A DNA stretch of 64,000 bases from Eledone cirrhosa. Lineage: Eukaryota. The DNA lies in contig OZ024743.1 of NCBI GenBank assembly GCA_964016885.1, positions 359,104,001 through 359,168,000 of the forward strand, given 5' to 3'. The notes below the pieces were generated by a model. It was not told the DNA's origin and did no database searches. It worked only from the letters and a program-made list of their open reading frames with translations. Of this stretch, positions 29,209 to 42,804 are shown piece by piece (within the stretch, counting starts at the first letter, position 1; every line of letters starts with the position of its first letter). The translations under genes were made by a program, and so were the position numbers.

Positions 29209-29906
29209 ATATATATATATATTAGAAAGATCGAGTATCGAAAAATCGGCGCACGAGTTAACGAAAAACGAAATCCGATATGAGCGGCAGAGGGCTCAAT
29301 AATTCAGATGAATCAGAGCTATAACTATCGTTAAAATACCGTCACATATAGAACAAGTCTACAATCAACCATACGATTTAAAATCGATAAAGGAAGATTC
29401 GGGCCAAACAGATAAAAAATATCAATAAAACAATACGTCAATAATTTAAATGAATGTAAAATCATACCCGGACCCACTAGAAAGGTGTTAAATCTAGCTT
29501 CATGGGTTTCTGTAAATCCTTAGACAGTACTCTATCAGCTCACATATAAATATAAAAGCCTACTAGAATAAGTGGAATGGAGTTTACGTTGTCAACGAGT
29601 TTTATCCTGGCGGCAAAGGAGTCAACTAGCGGTGAAAAACGCACATGGCATTAGACAAGGGAGATGACCCCTATATCCGCGTTCTCTGTTAATGTATTAA
29701 GTATATATATATATATATATACTTAATACATTAACAGAGAAAGCTTTTAGCGATACTCCGACCAACTCCCATCTCACTCAACAAACATTAGGATATACCT
29801 AAGTATAAGCCCAATTATGCGTTTGGGGTGCTAACTATATTGTACTTCGTGGATAGTTGGCTGTATTATTTTATATGAGACATAATTAAATAAATCTCTC
29901 TTTCTT

Positions 29907-30028
29907 TCCATACGATCGTTTCGTTATAAGATTTCTACAAGGTGGGAAAATAATGTCCAAGTTATGTAGCAGCTTGCATATAATCCATAGATATCCATGC
30001 AAGTGGGCCCTTATAACTCATCAGTGGA
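29907..30028 (-). ncRNA. Type I hammerhead ribozyme with 95-nt branched stem II domain
   Basis: tcca-CTGATGA-gttataag-[79 nt]-cttataac-GAA-AC-GATC-GT-A-tgga; lies in a unit ~29721-30255 bounded by (TA)n. Confidence 0.85.
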
Positions 30029-30299
30029 TGCCCAGGCAATATCAATATAAAAAACTACATTGATATTAATATTCAGCGATGGTCTCTGTCAGTGCTAGAA
30101 GGACTGCTAAGTTTGAAAGTCCAGCAGTTCTTCAAAAAGAAATTTCACACTGTCCCCAAATGGGAAGGGGAGGTCATCATAAAACATAAAATAATATACA
30201 CCGTAGGTCATTGAACGGTGTTAGGAATTCTAACCACGTGTGAAGAACTCAATTGGATATATATATATATATACATATATATATATTTTAATATCCAAT

Positions 30300-32320
30300 T
30301 GAGTTCTTCACACACCTTTCAACAAACATGCTAGAAGGCAGCACTTGCCTCTCCACCCTGATTTTCCTCTTCAAGTGAAACTTGAAAAAATTAATCAGGG
30401 ATTCGCCGAAGAGGAAAGTGTCTGTCTTTAACCCTTTCAACCTTGCCCACCACACAATCTCTTTCGCCATGGCCACCAGGCAGATGAGACCCGCCTGCCC
30501 TTCCTCCTCGAAGGAAGACGGCGAGACCATCTGCATAATGGACTCAGCCGATAACCGGATCGGTCCTACACGCGACAGCAACTGTTCGACATAGCTCCAC
30601 AAGTCAGCAATGCTCGGGCACTGAACGAGTGCGTACACGACGGTTTCGTCGCTCTGCGCGCATCTCGGACAGGCTCGGCTAACGGCACTTCTGTGTCTGT
30701 AGAGCTTATCTCGAACCGGCAAAGCTCCCCGGTAGCACTGCCAGGCCAGGGATTTCTGGAAGTTATCCACAGGCCCTGGACTGAAAGTTCTCCGGAAGAG
30801 AGCATACAGCTGATTTTCTTCGACTCCCAGGATCTCTCCGAGAACGTCGTCGCTCTTCCACTCCACTAGTCCTCTAAGGAACGCTGAGGTGCATGTTCCA
30901 CCGATACTGGTGCCCAGCTGGCAGAGGGCAGTGAGCGCCTGGAGACATTCCAGTTTCCAAGCGCTATCCCTTGGTCTTTTCCTGACCCAGGACTGCAGTT
31001 CCGTCAAGGAGACGAGCTGTGGGAAAACGTGCCTGGCGAACGGCGACCACACCTGTTCACCGTCAAGGAAGCAGCAGAGATGTCGCAGCCTCAGCGCATG
31101 TTTGCGCATCATCAGCCATGGCATGCCCAGTCCTCCACGAAACGGGTGTTGATAGCAGATGGATTGTCTGACCATGGGAGCGCGTCCCTTCCACAAAGAG
31201 CGGAAGAGGAGGCGCTCCATGTTGGTGAGAGTTGGGCCGGGGCAAGGGACGACGGTGAGGCGGGTGCAGATAACGGATGCGATGTATGCATTCACCACCT
31301 CCGCCCGGCCTTTCAGGTACAGCTTCCTCTCGGCCTATTTCTGGGTGAGGGAGGCCACCCTGCTCGTCACTTCGCTCCAGTTTTACTCCATCTGGAGGTC
31401 CGATTTGAACCAGACCCCGAGCAATTTAACCGGTCCGTCCGTCCAACGCCCCACGACGCTGTCGGACGGCATGGACTTGCCTCTCCTGGTGGCGAGCTGC
31501 AAGCCCACCGACCTTTCCTGGTTTATCTTTGCTCCCGTCACCGCTTCCTATTCCTTGAGAGCGGTGCCGAGCATCTGGACGTGTCTGGTGCTCGACACCA
31601 CCACGGTGACGTTGTCGGCGTAAGCCGACTCGGATTTCCCGCATCCTAGTTCGCGTGGGACGCCCCTCATCGCACCCAGTTTGTGCTCCAGAACCAATAC
31701 GTACAAGAAGGACGAGAGGGGACAACACTAGCGCACCGAGCGCATGATGCTAAACGGCTGCGACAGGTGATCGTTCACCCTCACAACTGAGCAGATGTCG
31801 CTGTACATCGCAGCCATCCAACCCCTGAAAACGGGCACGAAACCGGCTGCCTCGAGGACCGCCGCCAGGTCCCGATGGTCGACCCTATCGAATGCTTTGG
31901 ATTGATCCAAGTTGATCAGGGCTCCACCCGTGCGAGGTTCATTAACCACCCTCTCTACGATGTATCGCATGAGGTGGAGGTTGTCGTGTATGGATCTGTC
32001 CGGAATGGCCACCCACCAGACCTTCGACGACAAGTGCCAACCTCGTTGCTAACACCTTGGCAAAAATCTTGAACTCTGCGTTTAGCAGGGTTATGGGCCT
32101 GAAGTTATCGATAACATCCCCCTTGTTCGGGTCTTTTCTCAGCAGCGCTACCGCTCCCCGGCTCACAAAACTGGGAATGCTCCCGTTCTGCTGCCAGTTG
32201 CAGTAGACGTCTGCCAAGAGGTCACCGAACAAGTCTGGCATAAATGCATAAAGCTCGCAGGGCACACCATCCAAACCTGGCGATTTACCCCTCGTGCAGT
32301 TAGCCATCGCTTCCCCTATT
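30300..32320 (-). mobile_element. L1/Tx1-clade non-LTR retrotransposon ORF2 fragment (RT + zf-RVT), truncated, frameshifted
   Basis: KSPGLDG, NFRPITLLNAEFKIFAKVLA, INLDQSKAFDRVDH, GGLGMP, RGALPVRDKLY...CPRC...ETVVYALVQCP; GC-rich island. Confidence 0.9.
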
Positions 32321-33721
32321 ACTACCAAGATATTGGTCACTCGACAGTTATAATGGAAAACATTCATTTACAAGTGTTGCACAGTGGTATTGAACCAGGA
32401 ACCTCATGATTGTTAAGTGAATCTCTTAACCACAAGCCGTGTCTGCGCTTTTTAGAGGAAATATATTATTACTCCACAGTATTCGAGTTTTCTATTCTTT
32501 GTGTTTTTTTTATATAATTTTCTAAATTCTATAAAAATATAATTCATTGTCAACGTTGTCATTTAGATTCATGCCAACACTGACACAAAATGTTTTTTAG
32601 TTAAAGGTGTGATAGCCATGGCTATCGGGCATTGCATATCTAGGACAACTTTATCCAATGTAACACTTGTATTTCCCGACGGTAGGGTGTAATTTGAAAG
32701 AGATTTTGCTGCTATTTCTAGCAGGCCGTTGGCTGGTATAATAAGGATATTTTTAAAAATGACAGGTATGCGGATAATACACCATGGCCGAAGTGTTAAA
32801 AAATTCGCTTCGTAATCATGAGATTCCGAGTTCGGCCCTACAGCATGAAAGCTTTGGCATATATTTTTTGCCACTCACCTTGTGAGTGGAATTGGTAGAT
32901 TGAAACTATTTGGATGGACTGAAGCTGTAATTCAACGACTTAGCCAGTGATGGTCTGTGTGGGCATCGATCAGTCTTTAGAGGAGTACGATAAGTTTTAT
33001 TACTTATGTTGAAGTAAATGATTGCGTGTGTTTGCGTGAGTAGGAAATCTACCGCATACAAGAACAGTGCTTTTTTCAGTCGACATTCTGTTTGTTTATA
33101 ACGGCCTGTGACGTCTCGCTAGCTATTATGTTTGCCTCAGTTAAATACAATGAAATATTTCACTGTATCTCGAAATGTTTTCTTCCATCTGTAATTATGA
33201 TCTGCGGTCATGTTATTCAATCAAGTAAACATTAATATAATACTTATTTCTATTTAGATCGACATTGATTCATTCAGTTATTACAATTATTACACTGGAA
33301 AAAATAGTATTCATCAAGTTAGTAAATGTAGCGAACATTCTTATTTAATTGCAATACCCTGTAGCGTTGCTCCTGATCAGATTTAATACAATTCATATAA
33401 ACGTGCAACAAGGGAAGGTTGGGAAATTATTGCTCAATTCACATATATAACTGGATTATCAATTCTCATAACTTTCAAAGTATTGTTTGTGTTTAGATCC
33501 TGGTGATTCTCCACCAAACTGACCTATCATCAAATAGATTTCAGTCTCTACCAATCAGCTACTTGTATGACCAGAACTATATTATCTAATTGGGCTTTAC
33601 ATGATATGACATGATCTAAAGAACATTTAGCTGTTATTTGTAAAAATCCCAAAGAAGCTCGTCTTTTAAAGAATATTTTTAAATGGCTTGAATATTTAAA
33701 TATTTAAATTCATTTCAATGA

Positions 33722-34030
33722 ACGCAGCATGGCTGAGTGTTTAAGGTGTTCGTTTCAAAATCATTAGGTCTGGGGTTCAGTCCCACAGCGTGGCATCTTG
33801 GGCAAATGTCATTTACCATAGCCTGGGTTGTCCTAAGCCTTGTGAATGGATGGACTGTACCTGTAATTCAAAGGGTCAGTCTTGTCACACAGTGTCACGC
33901 TGAATCTTCTGGTGAATTATGTTAATCGTATACGCGTCTGTGGAATACGGAGCCACTTACACGTTGATTTCATGAGCAGGTTATTCAGTTGAACAACTGG
34001 AAAATTCATCGTCGAAACCGACGGAGATTC
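33722..34030 (+). mobile_element. tRNA-derived SINE family B (CORE-like); related remnants ~32370-32450 (-), ~32780-32980 (+), ~36060-36180 (-)
   Basis: gcatggctgagtgtttaag A-box, ggttcagtccc B-box, tcttgggcaaatg. Confidence 0.65.
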
Positions 34031-34184
34031 ATTCCATTGTCAGTTATTTATGGTAGAAATATACATCAATAGTAGATTGAATATCTCGTCCAATGGTTCC
34101 CAAAGGTGGTGAGGTGACACTCAGATATGCTGTTAGACTATGAACTCATTAAGATATGCAAAACAAGAAAGAACAAGTCTCATA

Positions 34185-34657
34185 CCAATGTGTCCGAACA
34201 CGGAAGAGCCGAACTCCCACTGTCATCGCCTCCATCTCTCTCGCCCTTCCCATCTCTCTGTATTATGTGCAAATAGGGACCCACGTGCTGGTCGCCCCAC
34301 AGCCCCGGCGGACAGAATGGAGAAGGCGTTTCCTCGGAGGATGGTAAGGGAGATGCACTGGAAGAGCCATTCCATCTCGCGAGGCTCACACCTGCGGCTG
34401 GCCAGCTCAGCGCCTATGGTGGTAAGTAGGGAGGTAGCCCTAGGGCCAAGCACTCGAGAAGTCTCCACTGCCAAGGGCACGACCGCAAACCTGTGGGAGA
34501 GCGACTGGTACTTGGAGATTTTGCCCTCAGCCCGAAGTGCAGCAGAACCTGGGTTAGTCGCAGACTACACCAAGGTTGCGGCTTGAGAAAGTGTCGCTTG
34601 TAAGTGGCATCCCAGACAAGGGGTTTGCCACCGCGGAACGGGAAGATGGTAATCCCA
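34185..34657 (-). mobile_element. CRE-like non-LTR retrotransposon 3' fragment (restriction-like endonuclease)
   Basis: GITIFPFRGGKPLVWDAT...PLAVETSRVLGP; homologous to ~62610-62985. Confidence 0.8.
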
Positions 34658-36989
34658 TACCAGATTTGTTGTGGGATATAGATAGGTGGCCACAAAATTA
34701 TAGAAGTATATTTAAAAATGTGAAAAATACACACTGATATTTTGAATATAAAGTCCCGATAACTATGGTTAATTTAATGAATAACAGCAACAACAAAAAT
34801 AATCTAATATAGAATTGCCAATTTGCTGGTTGGTAGGCGGGCTGGTAAGTTGGTTGGTAAGTTGTTTGGGTGGTATGTTGGTTGTGTGGCATATTAGTTG
34901 GATGGTATGTTGGTTGGTAAGTTGATTGGCTGGTTGGTCACGCTTGACAACATATAGAGAGAAGAGAGAGAGAGAGAGAGAGAGCGAGAGTAAAAGAGAG
35001 ATACAGAAGATGGAATTACACAGAAGAGGGAGTATACACACTGGTAGGTAAAGAGTGAGAGAGTTAGAAGGAGACGGATGAACCCCGAGTTGAGGATACA
35101 TACACGCATACTCACGCATATATGATTATACACACACATGCACACTCATTCACACACATGTAACTGTCCTCTTCTTACAGAGATTGCACGAAGTTATGTT
35201 TTCTTTCAACTCTTTATTCGTTGATGAATGGGATAAATATATGGAATACATGAAAATATATATTCCTTTGCTCAAATTCTTTTTTCTTTTCCCCTCAAAT
35301 TCCTGCAATTTAAACTATTATATTTTAAATACAGGCGTAGTGAATGTATAAATTAATTTTTACTTACGCATTTATGCATTTGTATTTATTTACCTACTGT
35401 TAGCCATATTAGAAAGCGTATAATTCCAAACTACCTGTATAAAACGGATAACACTCCCGTTTTGACTAATTCCACGAGATTTTAATAATATATATTTATA
35501 GACGAAAATATATAAAACATTATTTTTCATATATTTTTTCACAAAGTGTGCCAAAATATTTTTATTTGCTCTTAAGTGCGCCTCAAGTAAAACAGTTTTA
35601 GAAACACTAAGCTAGTTTAAATATACATACGAAAATATGAAACTAAAGATATTATTACCCATCGCTTCAGAGATAGTTAAATATAGTCAAAAGGTATAGC
35701 CGAATGATTTTCAACATATTTCAAGAAATTACAGCAACAATTTAACATATAATATTGAACCATGTTTGAGAATATACATATGCGCTAAGAGTGCATATAG
35801 AAACTGCCAAATACAACATGTTTAACATCCATAAATTAATCAAAGGACCTCTGTCAGTTTCGACGATGACTATTCCTCTGTTTCGATAAACAGAATAGTC
35901 TACTAATGAAATTAACAGGTAAGTGGCTGAGCATTTGACAGATAAGTGGAGCCTTAGTGTAATTCTCATGAAGACTCCTCATGACTCAATGTTTGACAAG
36001 GGTGGCCCTTTGAATTACAAGTACAGTTCATCCGAAGAGCTTCCAGTCTCCGTCTACCCAGTTCCTATCATAAGGCATGGGCCGATCCGATGCTATAAAA
36101 AATGATACTCGCCCACGATGCCTCGCAGAACCAAGACCTAATAATTGCAAAGCGAACTCCTTAACCATGCGGCTATGCTGTGTCAACATTATAAATGTAA
36201 CCAGGAAGATAGATTAGTTTAAACCATTTATAGGAACTTTCATTATATCCCTCTGTTGCAAAAATTGAGACCATGTCTTTATTTTTACTGATGTAGTCTG
36301 TCTCACTCTATCTCGCATTTGCATCATACCCAACAATATAACCGTCCCCACTACTACTACTACTACTACTACTACCCCACACCCACCATCACCACCGCCA
36401 TAACCAGCCACGTCATCACCCCCACCACTAACATCAACAACAACAGCCTTTTTAACATCGCCACCAGCACCATTGGCACCACTAAAACCATGAGCACCAC
36501 CACCAATATTACATGTACCATCGTCACAAAAACCAGTATTACTACTAGCAACAAAATGAATTCGAGTGTCGGCAGGTTTCTATTTAACAACAACAACAAC
36601 AGCAACAATATTAACAACAACACCAACAATATTAACAACAACAACATTACTCTAGCCAAAAATACATTCAGGACAATTTCATCTGTGTATCAGACACGTT
36701 CGACCATCCATAATACTAACAATATACAGAACTACCTCAAACCAGCTGTGCCACTCTGTAGAAAAGCCAAGACAAATTTTTTTTGGTGAAATGGTTTTTG
36801 TATATTCTCTATAAAACCGGAAGCAACAGTACATTACTTATTCGTTCGTATTCTCTAGTGACACTCTAAAGAGTATGAAACTAGTCATTTCAACGGCTAT
36901 TGTGTAAAGCTGTTTTGCTGCAAGTACCTGATAATATTTCAGATGACAGACGTATTTCTCATTTTCCCCCCTTTCCTTCTCTCTGTGTT

Positions 36990-37020
<31 letters not shown>

Positions 37021-37104
37021 GTATATATATATATATTTATATACATATATATATATATATAAGTTAAAACAATGAAATAAAAATTCAAGTCATTAGGAAT
37101 ATAC

Positions 37105-37249
37105 TTCACTGCTTTACGATCGTTTCTAGGTGATAATAATACATCGTACGCATATTTCGTTATCGATCTATGTAAGGTTAGTTACAAAATATCAAATAAG
37201 GAATATATTTACCTACGTGTATATAGTCAGCGTTGTCAAAAGCAATGAA
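37105..37249 (-). ncRNA. Degenerate hammerhead with ~105-nt stem II domain
   Basis: 10-bp stem I ttcattgctt/aagcagtgaa, GAAAC-GATC-GTA intact, core reads TTGACAA instead of CTGACGA; (TA)n 45 nt downstream. Confidence 0.55.
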
Positions 37250-37696
37250 AATTTTATTCAAAATCAATAGTAAATTGAGTTCTATGACCTTATTTGGAGG
37301 TAGCTGAAGAAGAAACCAATCAAATGGTGTTTAGCCATATGATGTTAAGACGAAATATAACTCACTTTAGTTAAGGTCATGACCTTTTGAAAGGAATAGT
37401 TGAATGGTGTTAAAAATAGAATTACTATGAAGAACCTATGAAGAAAAGGGATTGTTGTATTGATAGTAGAATGTAGATGGTGGAGTGAAGTTTAAAAAGG
37501 GATGTAAAAATTATATGTTGAGTTGTGTTGTATGGAGTTTTTAGGTGAATATAAATAAATATAGAATATACGGAAATAACTAGGATAAATATAGATAGGT
37601 AAAGTAATGGTCATAACTAGGAAGGATAGTATATTAAAAGATGAAAATTATAAGATAATAAAATACAATAATATAATAATATAATATAATGTAATA

Positions 37697-37790
37697 TAAT
37701 TGTTTCTACTTTAGGCACAAGGCCAGCAATTATCCAGTGCATTACTGGTACTTTATTTTATCGACCCCGTAAGGATGAAAGGCAAAAGTG
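37697..37790 (-). mobile_element. SINE family A, truncated
   Basis: Near-identical to ~22770-22860. Confidence 0.75.
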
Positions 37791-38027
37791 CAATATGGTA
37801 CATTGTGTATAGTATAGCATAGTGTATGATGCATCATAAAATATAAAATAGTAAATATTTTCAAGTGGGTCTATGTATAAGTAATCAATCCCAGATAAAT
37901 GCATGTTGATATATAGCCAAAACGCATAATTTTCTTAGATCACAAAAGTTCATATACTCACATATATAGATAGAGGTATAATTACATATATACTCCATTA
38001 AAAACATACATATATATATATCTCACA

Positions 38028-38963
38028 TCACTGTCTCCCTCGGTTGGCTGAGATGACTGTCAGTCTTGCGTTTCCATTGAAGGTCACTCTCAACATTCGC
38101 GGGGAGACAGGTATTATTTCCCTCACCAATAAACTGGTTTTTGTGCTGAAAACAAAACCCACTCCTCCCACTGCAGCATTGGTCATGTTCCTCACTGCCG
38201 ATGTGGTGATGAGCTGCCTCATCTTCCCAATCATCACACTCCTCACGGGCTCATCGTGTAGGATCCTGTGTTCTTGGATCGCAAGTATCTGTATACCACT
38301 CTCCTCGAACAGATTTCCCAACTTCTCTCTCTTCTCCAGCGTCTGAATAGTCATCACATCCTTTTTATTAACGTAGTGGACTATTGTATGCGCCTTGCAC
38401 TGGAGAAACACCAGGACTCTGGCTTTACTGTAGCACCGGCTCAGAGCAGGAGAGTTAAGGCGAAAAAGATATTGGATGCTGAATTTGTCGACAACATACT
38501 TTTGGTGACAAATACAGTGAAGGAGGCAGACGATTTTATGCAGAAGGTGGAGACTGTGTCGATGCGTGTGGGCTGAGAATGAATGAGACTAAAACAAAAT
38601 ATATGGTAGAGAATGTTGAGAAGCCAGAGTGGATCAGTAATGTAGGCGGGAAGCCGCTAGAATTGGTTGAGGACTTCCTGTATTTGGGAGCAAAGATTGG
38701 GAATACGGAAGATGATGTGGTTGAGAGGAAGAGCAAAGCCTGGTCGGCGTGCCACAGCTTGAGATCGGTGTGGAAGTCGGACCTTCGTAAAGACCTGAAA
38801 ATCCGCTTCTTCATTGCTGCAGTGGAATCTGTGCTGCTGTACGGGTCTGAGACTTGGACACTGACCAAGAAACTCACTCAGATGGTGGATGGGTGCTACA
38901 CGAGAATGCTGAGGATGGCTCTGAACATTAATCAGTATACACTGAGGATGAAAAACTCAGAGC
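38028..38963. mobile_element. RTE-clade LINE fragment with 5' inversion: AP endonuclease on - (38028-~38352), RT on + (~38355-38963)
   Basis: Minus: GIQILAIQEHR...AAVGGVGF...VSPRML; plus: LFINVVDYCMR...EFVDNILL...LELVEDFLYLG...ESVLLYGSETWTL. Confidence 0.85.
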
Positions 38964-39906
<943 letters not shown>

Positions 39907-40299
39907 TGTTTTCATTTGCCATCCTTTGACATTCAGAATAAATTCCACCATAAAACAAAATCTCTAACAATGAACCTATCATACCATTGTTCTATGAATG
40001 CTATTAACATATGGACTTTTATTGTCTCGTAATGATGTGTGTCAGGGACTTAGAGTCACGCATAAGTTTCATTTATTTCTATTTTCATTAGGATTCTAAA
40101 CCTTTTTTCATTTCTATCAATAGACCTAAAATTTAGAAGATCGATATTCCTCGGTAATTATTGCAGAATGCTAATTGGTGAGCTCATGCAAAATTCATAT
40201 ATACGATACTAGCTATTTTATTTGCGTGTACCTCAGCACAAATTGTTGAGACAACGTGTATTCTATTTAGAAAATAGCCACGAACTGTAAAGTTGTTAA

Positions 40300-40420
40300 A
40301 GAATGTATTGTAGTATTTGCCCTGGCTCTCTATGTTCAGAGTTCAAATTCAGGTGTTATCATCTTTGCCATAAATCTCCTTTCGAGGTCGATAAATAAAC
40401 TATTAGTCAAGTCTTTGGAT
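40300..40420 (+). mobile_element. SINE family A, diverged
   Basis: gagttcaaattc...ctttgcc...cctttcgaggtcgataaa. Confidence 0.55.
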
Positions 40421-40781
40421 TGATTCTCCGTTTGTCGGTTTTTCACTCTTGGTTTCCTTACGGAGAGGTATTTCTCCTAACCGTTTATATGTTTTTAATG
40501 TCTCTGAAAATACAGTATATGGATTTACCTCTCTATATATAATATAGCGTAATCCAGCTTTTCCATTACCATATTTCTACGCATTTCATTTGTTGAAACA
40601 TACGTAAGTCGAATAGAAAATCCTAAATTCCTTCGGAATTCGTGGATTTATCATTTAAATACTTTATGTATTAGCACTTGTACAATGATCTGGATTTGTT
40701 TACCCGATGGATTGCACCTTGGATGAATCTGTTCGACCTATAAGCTGACTGAAAATTCTTAGCATAACTTTACCAACTCTT

Positions 40782-40875
<94 letters not shown>

Positions 40876-40948
40876 ACTCTCTCTCTCTCTCTTTCTCTCT
40901 TTATATACACATACACACACACACACACACATACTCACATACACACAT

Positions 40949-40985
<37 letters not shown>

Positions 40986-41073
40986 CATAAATGAAGTATT
41001 TCTGTAGGAAAGGTAAAGGAAAAAAGAGTGCTCGATGTAGGCTAGAGAGCTTTTTAGTTATGTAATAAACAAC

Positions 41074-41160
41074 ATAAGATAATTAAACATTTTTTCTGAT
41101 GAATGGACATAAGTATTAAGCTCTTCAAGAAACCACTGGTAAATGAACTAATTATCTTAT
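41074..41160 (+). ncRNA. Type I hammerhead ribozyme
   Basis: ataagataatta/taattatcttat 12-bp distal stem I; CTGATGA (41096) a-tgga...ttca-a GAA-ACC-ACT-GGT-A aatg; (TA)n follows at ~41178. Confidence 0.75.
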
Positions 41161-41173
41161 ATTATCTATTACA

Positions 41174-41255
<82 letters not shown>

Positions 41256-41313
41256 AGCAAATATTGCACCAAGAAAAATAAAACGTCGGTGTAAAGAGAT
41301 TAGGACTGTATTT

Positions 41314-41425
41314 GCTTTGACGTATGTTTCTGTGTCTATTACAAATTGTCTACATATGCTGACTACAATACATATTGTTCAATCATATGCAATGCTTAAT
41401 TATTTATTACACTTCATCAGAAAGC
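41314..41425 (-). ncRNA. Type I hammerhead ribozyme with 83-nt stem II domain
   Basis: gcttt-CTGATGA-a-gtgt-[73 nt]-acac-a-GAA-AC-ATAC-GT-C-aaagc. Confidence 0.8.
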
Positions 41426-41986
41426 CTATAATTGTGGAATTCAACTATTCACTACGCTGTAAAGGTCAGCAATGGGATTTTCGTTTAAGAAAATGTAAAT
41501 AAGTTGAAAATAGAATGAAATACAGTCAGTTAGTGTGATAGTAGCGAGGAGAGGGATTGTGGGTAAGGAGTTTCACACTACCACTCTGTGTGCTGTGATG
41601 TGGAACAATTGTTCCTTGACCATTGGTATAGGTGAAGGTTTTGATGATTACCATAGATGGCCGAGAGGGTAGAGAATGTATAAAGAGAGGACAGAAAATG
41701 AGAGCGTATAATTTAAGAGTAGGGTAGAGTAGATAAGAAAGGAATTAAGAAAAGGAGATTGTTTTGAATATTACTTAATTCTTTGGGTAGGTGTGAAAAG
41801 TTCAAATGCCACAGGAAATGTACTAAATAGTAAACCCTAGGCATTAGGGATCTAATCTTGTTCTAGTCCGCTTTGTATTTAGATAGAGAGAGAGAGAGAG
41901 AGAGAATGAGAATAGTGATAGGTAAAAGAATCTAAGGTGTAGAGCAACTGTGGTCCGTAGGGCAAGTTTGAATATAAATATTTAGG

Positions 41987-42150
41987 TCAGAACTACAACA
42001 ATGCGATACCATGTACGTACGTTTCATTAATCGTTGATGACCAGCTTGTTCAACCTGTGTTGATGAAAAAGGACCTTTTTTTTTTCATCGGCACAGGTTG
42101 ATCAACGAAACGTACGTACCTGCTATGGCGTCGTTGCAGTACTACTGACT
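41987..42150. repeat. Long imperfect hairpin containing degenerate hammerhead motifs on both strands
   Basis: caacctgtgttgatgaaaaa / tttttcatcggcacaggttg and tacgtacgtttc / gaaacgtacgta. Confidence 0.65.
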
Positions 42151-42177
42151 CAAATGCACACACGCACACACACACAC

Positions 42178-42265
<88 letters not shown>

Positions 42266-42734
42266 TTTATGGTGATATTGAGGTATTCCAATATAGATCC
42301 TGGTAAAGATGAGAGACGCTCAATGCAATCCAGTTTCCTTGATACGGCAGTAATTCGAAATCGGCTAAGAATTATCTCAGCTGTTGGAGACCCTCTTCTA
42401 GACTGTTAGGATATAGGCTGCAGAGCTCATAAATTGTTATTAGAAATAAGAACCAAGTTATACTTAAAAATATCTTTATTCTACATATGTTTTAATATAG
42501 AGCGGTGAGCCATAACACGATATGGTGCGAAGCAAAGTTAGTAAGTGTTGTTAGAGGTGAAATAACGCGACAAAATATATGGTTCCGTTTAAATACAAAA
42601 TTTACTTCCCTTCAGTTAATAAAAGAACAAAGAATAAGTTACTACAAGTTATAAAGGTTGACGATGTTTTTGCTATGGTGAAATAGTCTGTGGCCAGAGA
42701 AGATGAGAGCCTGTACGACCCAGAGAGAGAGAGA

Positions 42735-42804
<70 letters not shown>

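Noticed and set aside
30382-31728. Overlapping ORFs in alternative frames or antisense within GC-rich LINE fragments (also 59722-60812)
   Set aside because: Shadow ORFs of the L1/Tx1 coding sequence
36319-36789. 156-aa T/N-rich ORF
   Set aside because: Trinucleotide (CTA/CCA/CAA) repeat sequence
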